From: Lama glama
Taxonomy: Eukaryota
Assembly: GCA_028534125.1 (NCBI GenBank)
Contig: CM052816.1
Coordinates: 86,492,001 to 86,556,000 of the forward strand
Reading direction: 5' to 3'
Length of the DNA stretch: 64,000 nucleotides
The notes under the pieces are model-generated. The model worked only from the letters and a program-made list of their open reading frames with translations. It did no database searches and was not told the DNA's origin. This document shows positions 62,270 to 64,000 of this stretch, piece after piece (positions within the stretch are counted from its first letter, which is position 1; every line of letters starts with the position of its first letter). Made by a program: the position numbers and the translations under genes.

Positions 62270-64000
62270 GTTTGTGGCTTCAAGAAATCTGTCAACAGCA
62301 AGAGGTCTCTGGAGAGTTCTGTGTTTCAACAGACAGGTCCATAAGGTTTTGAAGAAATACATCTCAGATCAAGAGTTTCAGGTCAAAGTGATTTGTACAA
62401 TATGCTCTTCTACAGATACCGTAGTAGGAGCTACTCGATACAGATTAACTTCGACAAACTTGGCTACTCAGAATATGCAGGACAGAATGCTGCCCCTCAG
62501 TTTCTCTTTAGATCTACTTGGTTTGACCCAACAGTGTAAGAAGTATTGTGAGTGCTCACACGTATGTATGTTAACCTAGGAGATACATATACAATAATGT
62601 GAAGAGATTTTCTTGTTCTGAAGCTACTTGATTTGTAAGAAAATAGAACCACTAACTAGGCTCTTCTTAACTCTACGATCCAACTAATGTAACTAACGGA
62701 CCTATAAAGGAACACACATCAAAACTGCTTAATAAATACTTTGTTATGGTATAATATTCTGGATGTTTTGTTAAACTCATATGTTATAAATATATTATTA
62801 AGTAATACTAAAATAAAAATACTGATTTGCTGTACTTGATGTTATCGTATCATTTATATGTAAGCAAGTGACAAATAATGAGCATTATTTTTAGATGTTA
62901 CACATATGTACAAATTCTAGTGCACAATAAACCTCAACGATAGGATAAATCTACCTTTTACTCCTATCACCCATTGCCAAAAGATTTTTTTTAAAGAAAG
63001 CCCCAGGAAGTTGGTTAAAATTTCATGACATCTTATATAGATTAAGTATCCCAAACTATGAGGCCAGGAGGCTCAATCTTACGTATAATTGAGATTTAAC
63101 CTTTTTTTTTTTTCCTGTCTAAGACAATTGTAATTGAACAGGCTGGCTGCCTGAAAAAGAACCCACCTAAAACTATCTCCTTTCAAAGGAAACATCAAAA
63201 ATTACTGTTCCTGTTCAGAGCATGTTTTAATAAGGTGCAGGGCTGATCTAACACTTACTAGTCTCATTTTGTAACTATATGTATGTATATATACATATAC
63301 ATATACACATCTATTATAATTTTAAAGCTGCTTATGAAACGTATTTGTGATATTTTATAGCCCAACATATTTTACCCAGTTGTCCAAGTTAACCTATAAT
63401 TGTGTAACAAAAATGCTTAAGATGAAATAAATTACTGTCAAATGAGATTAATCAACATCCCAAAGTAAAATTTATTTACTTTACAAATTAAATGGGTACA
63501 GTTAAGTAACATATTAATTTGGTTACGTAACCAAATTTTTATCTTTTTGTCACCATTATTTTAACAGGAAGCTTTATAAGCTTAGGTATTTTGAAATTTA
63601 ATTACATATTTTCCCTCTTTACAACCTGTATTATGGTCTAATTAAGTTTGTTTAGAAAAACTATAATCATTTAAGACATGCCAATAGTTTTAGTTTTATC
63701 CTTTGCATAGGTATGTTAATTCAGGATATTATTTTTTCTTTTTTTTTCTTTTCATCAATGTGAAAAACGTACTCTGATACAAGGTACAAAATTAGAATAA
63801 GATAGATTACAGGCTGAAATGGATTGTAAATCAGCTTCTGTACTGTGAATATTTTACAGCAGCCTTTTGCAAACTAAAAAATCTGACATTTATATAGCAA
63901 TGCATGCATAATTTCCCTCTTATATGTCATTTCCCTGAGACGAAAGTAATTTTAAAATGCAAGGTCAAAGAAATAATTACCCCTAACAAATAATAATAGA

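Noticed and set aside
1..64000. Prokaryote-type systems (CRISPR arrays, operons, defence islands)
   Set aside because: The window is intron-containing mammalian DNA; no regularly spaced repeat-spacer array or dense ORF clusters are present.

Overview
Mammalian genomic DNA, most likely camelid: four tRNA-Ala-derived SINEs match the camelid Vic-1 pattern. Bases 3.7-27.9 kb hold the last seven coding exons (probably exons 6-12) and the 3'UTR of CDH10 (cadherin-10, a type II classical cadherin) on the + strand. All junctions are GT-AG, the phases are compatible, and the spliced frame is intact to the C-terminus ...[11 protein letters not shown]. The remaining ~36 kb is AT-rich, gene-free sequence rich in repeats: L1, L2, MIR, MLT1/MLT2 LTRs, hAT and Tc1/mariner-type DNA transposons, and a dead ERVL-class pol relic. 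It also contains two 500-N scaffold gaps. I find no demonstrable new biological system. The best leads are three. First, a ladder of same-frame 3' splice sites inside the transmembrane helix. Second, a young-looking 633-bp solo LTR, apparently in sense orientation, in the intron just before the transmembrane exon. Third, an unusually CpG-rich ERVL pol relic. Gene and repeat family names come from recalled sequences, not database searches, and repeat boundaries are approximate unless target-site duplications (TSDs) are given.
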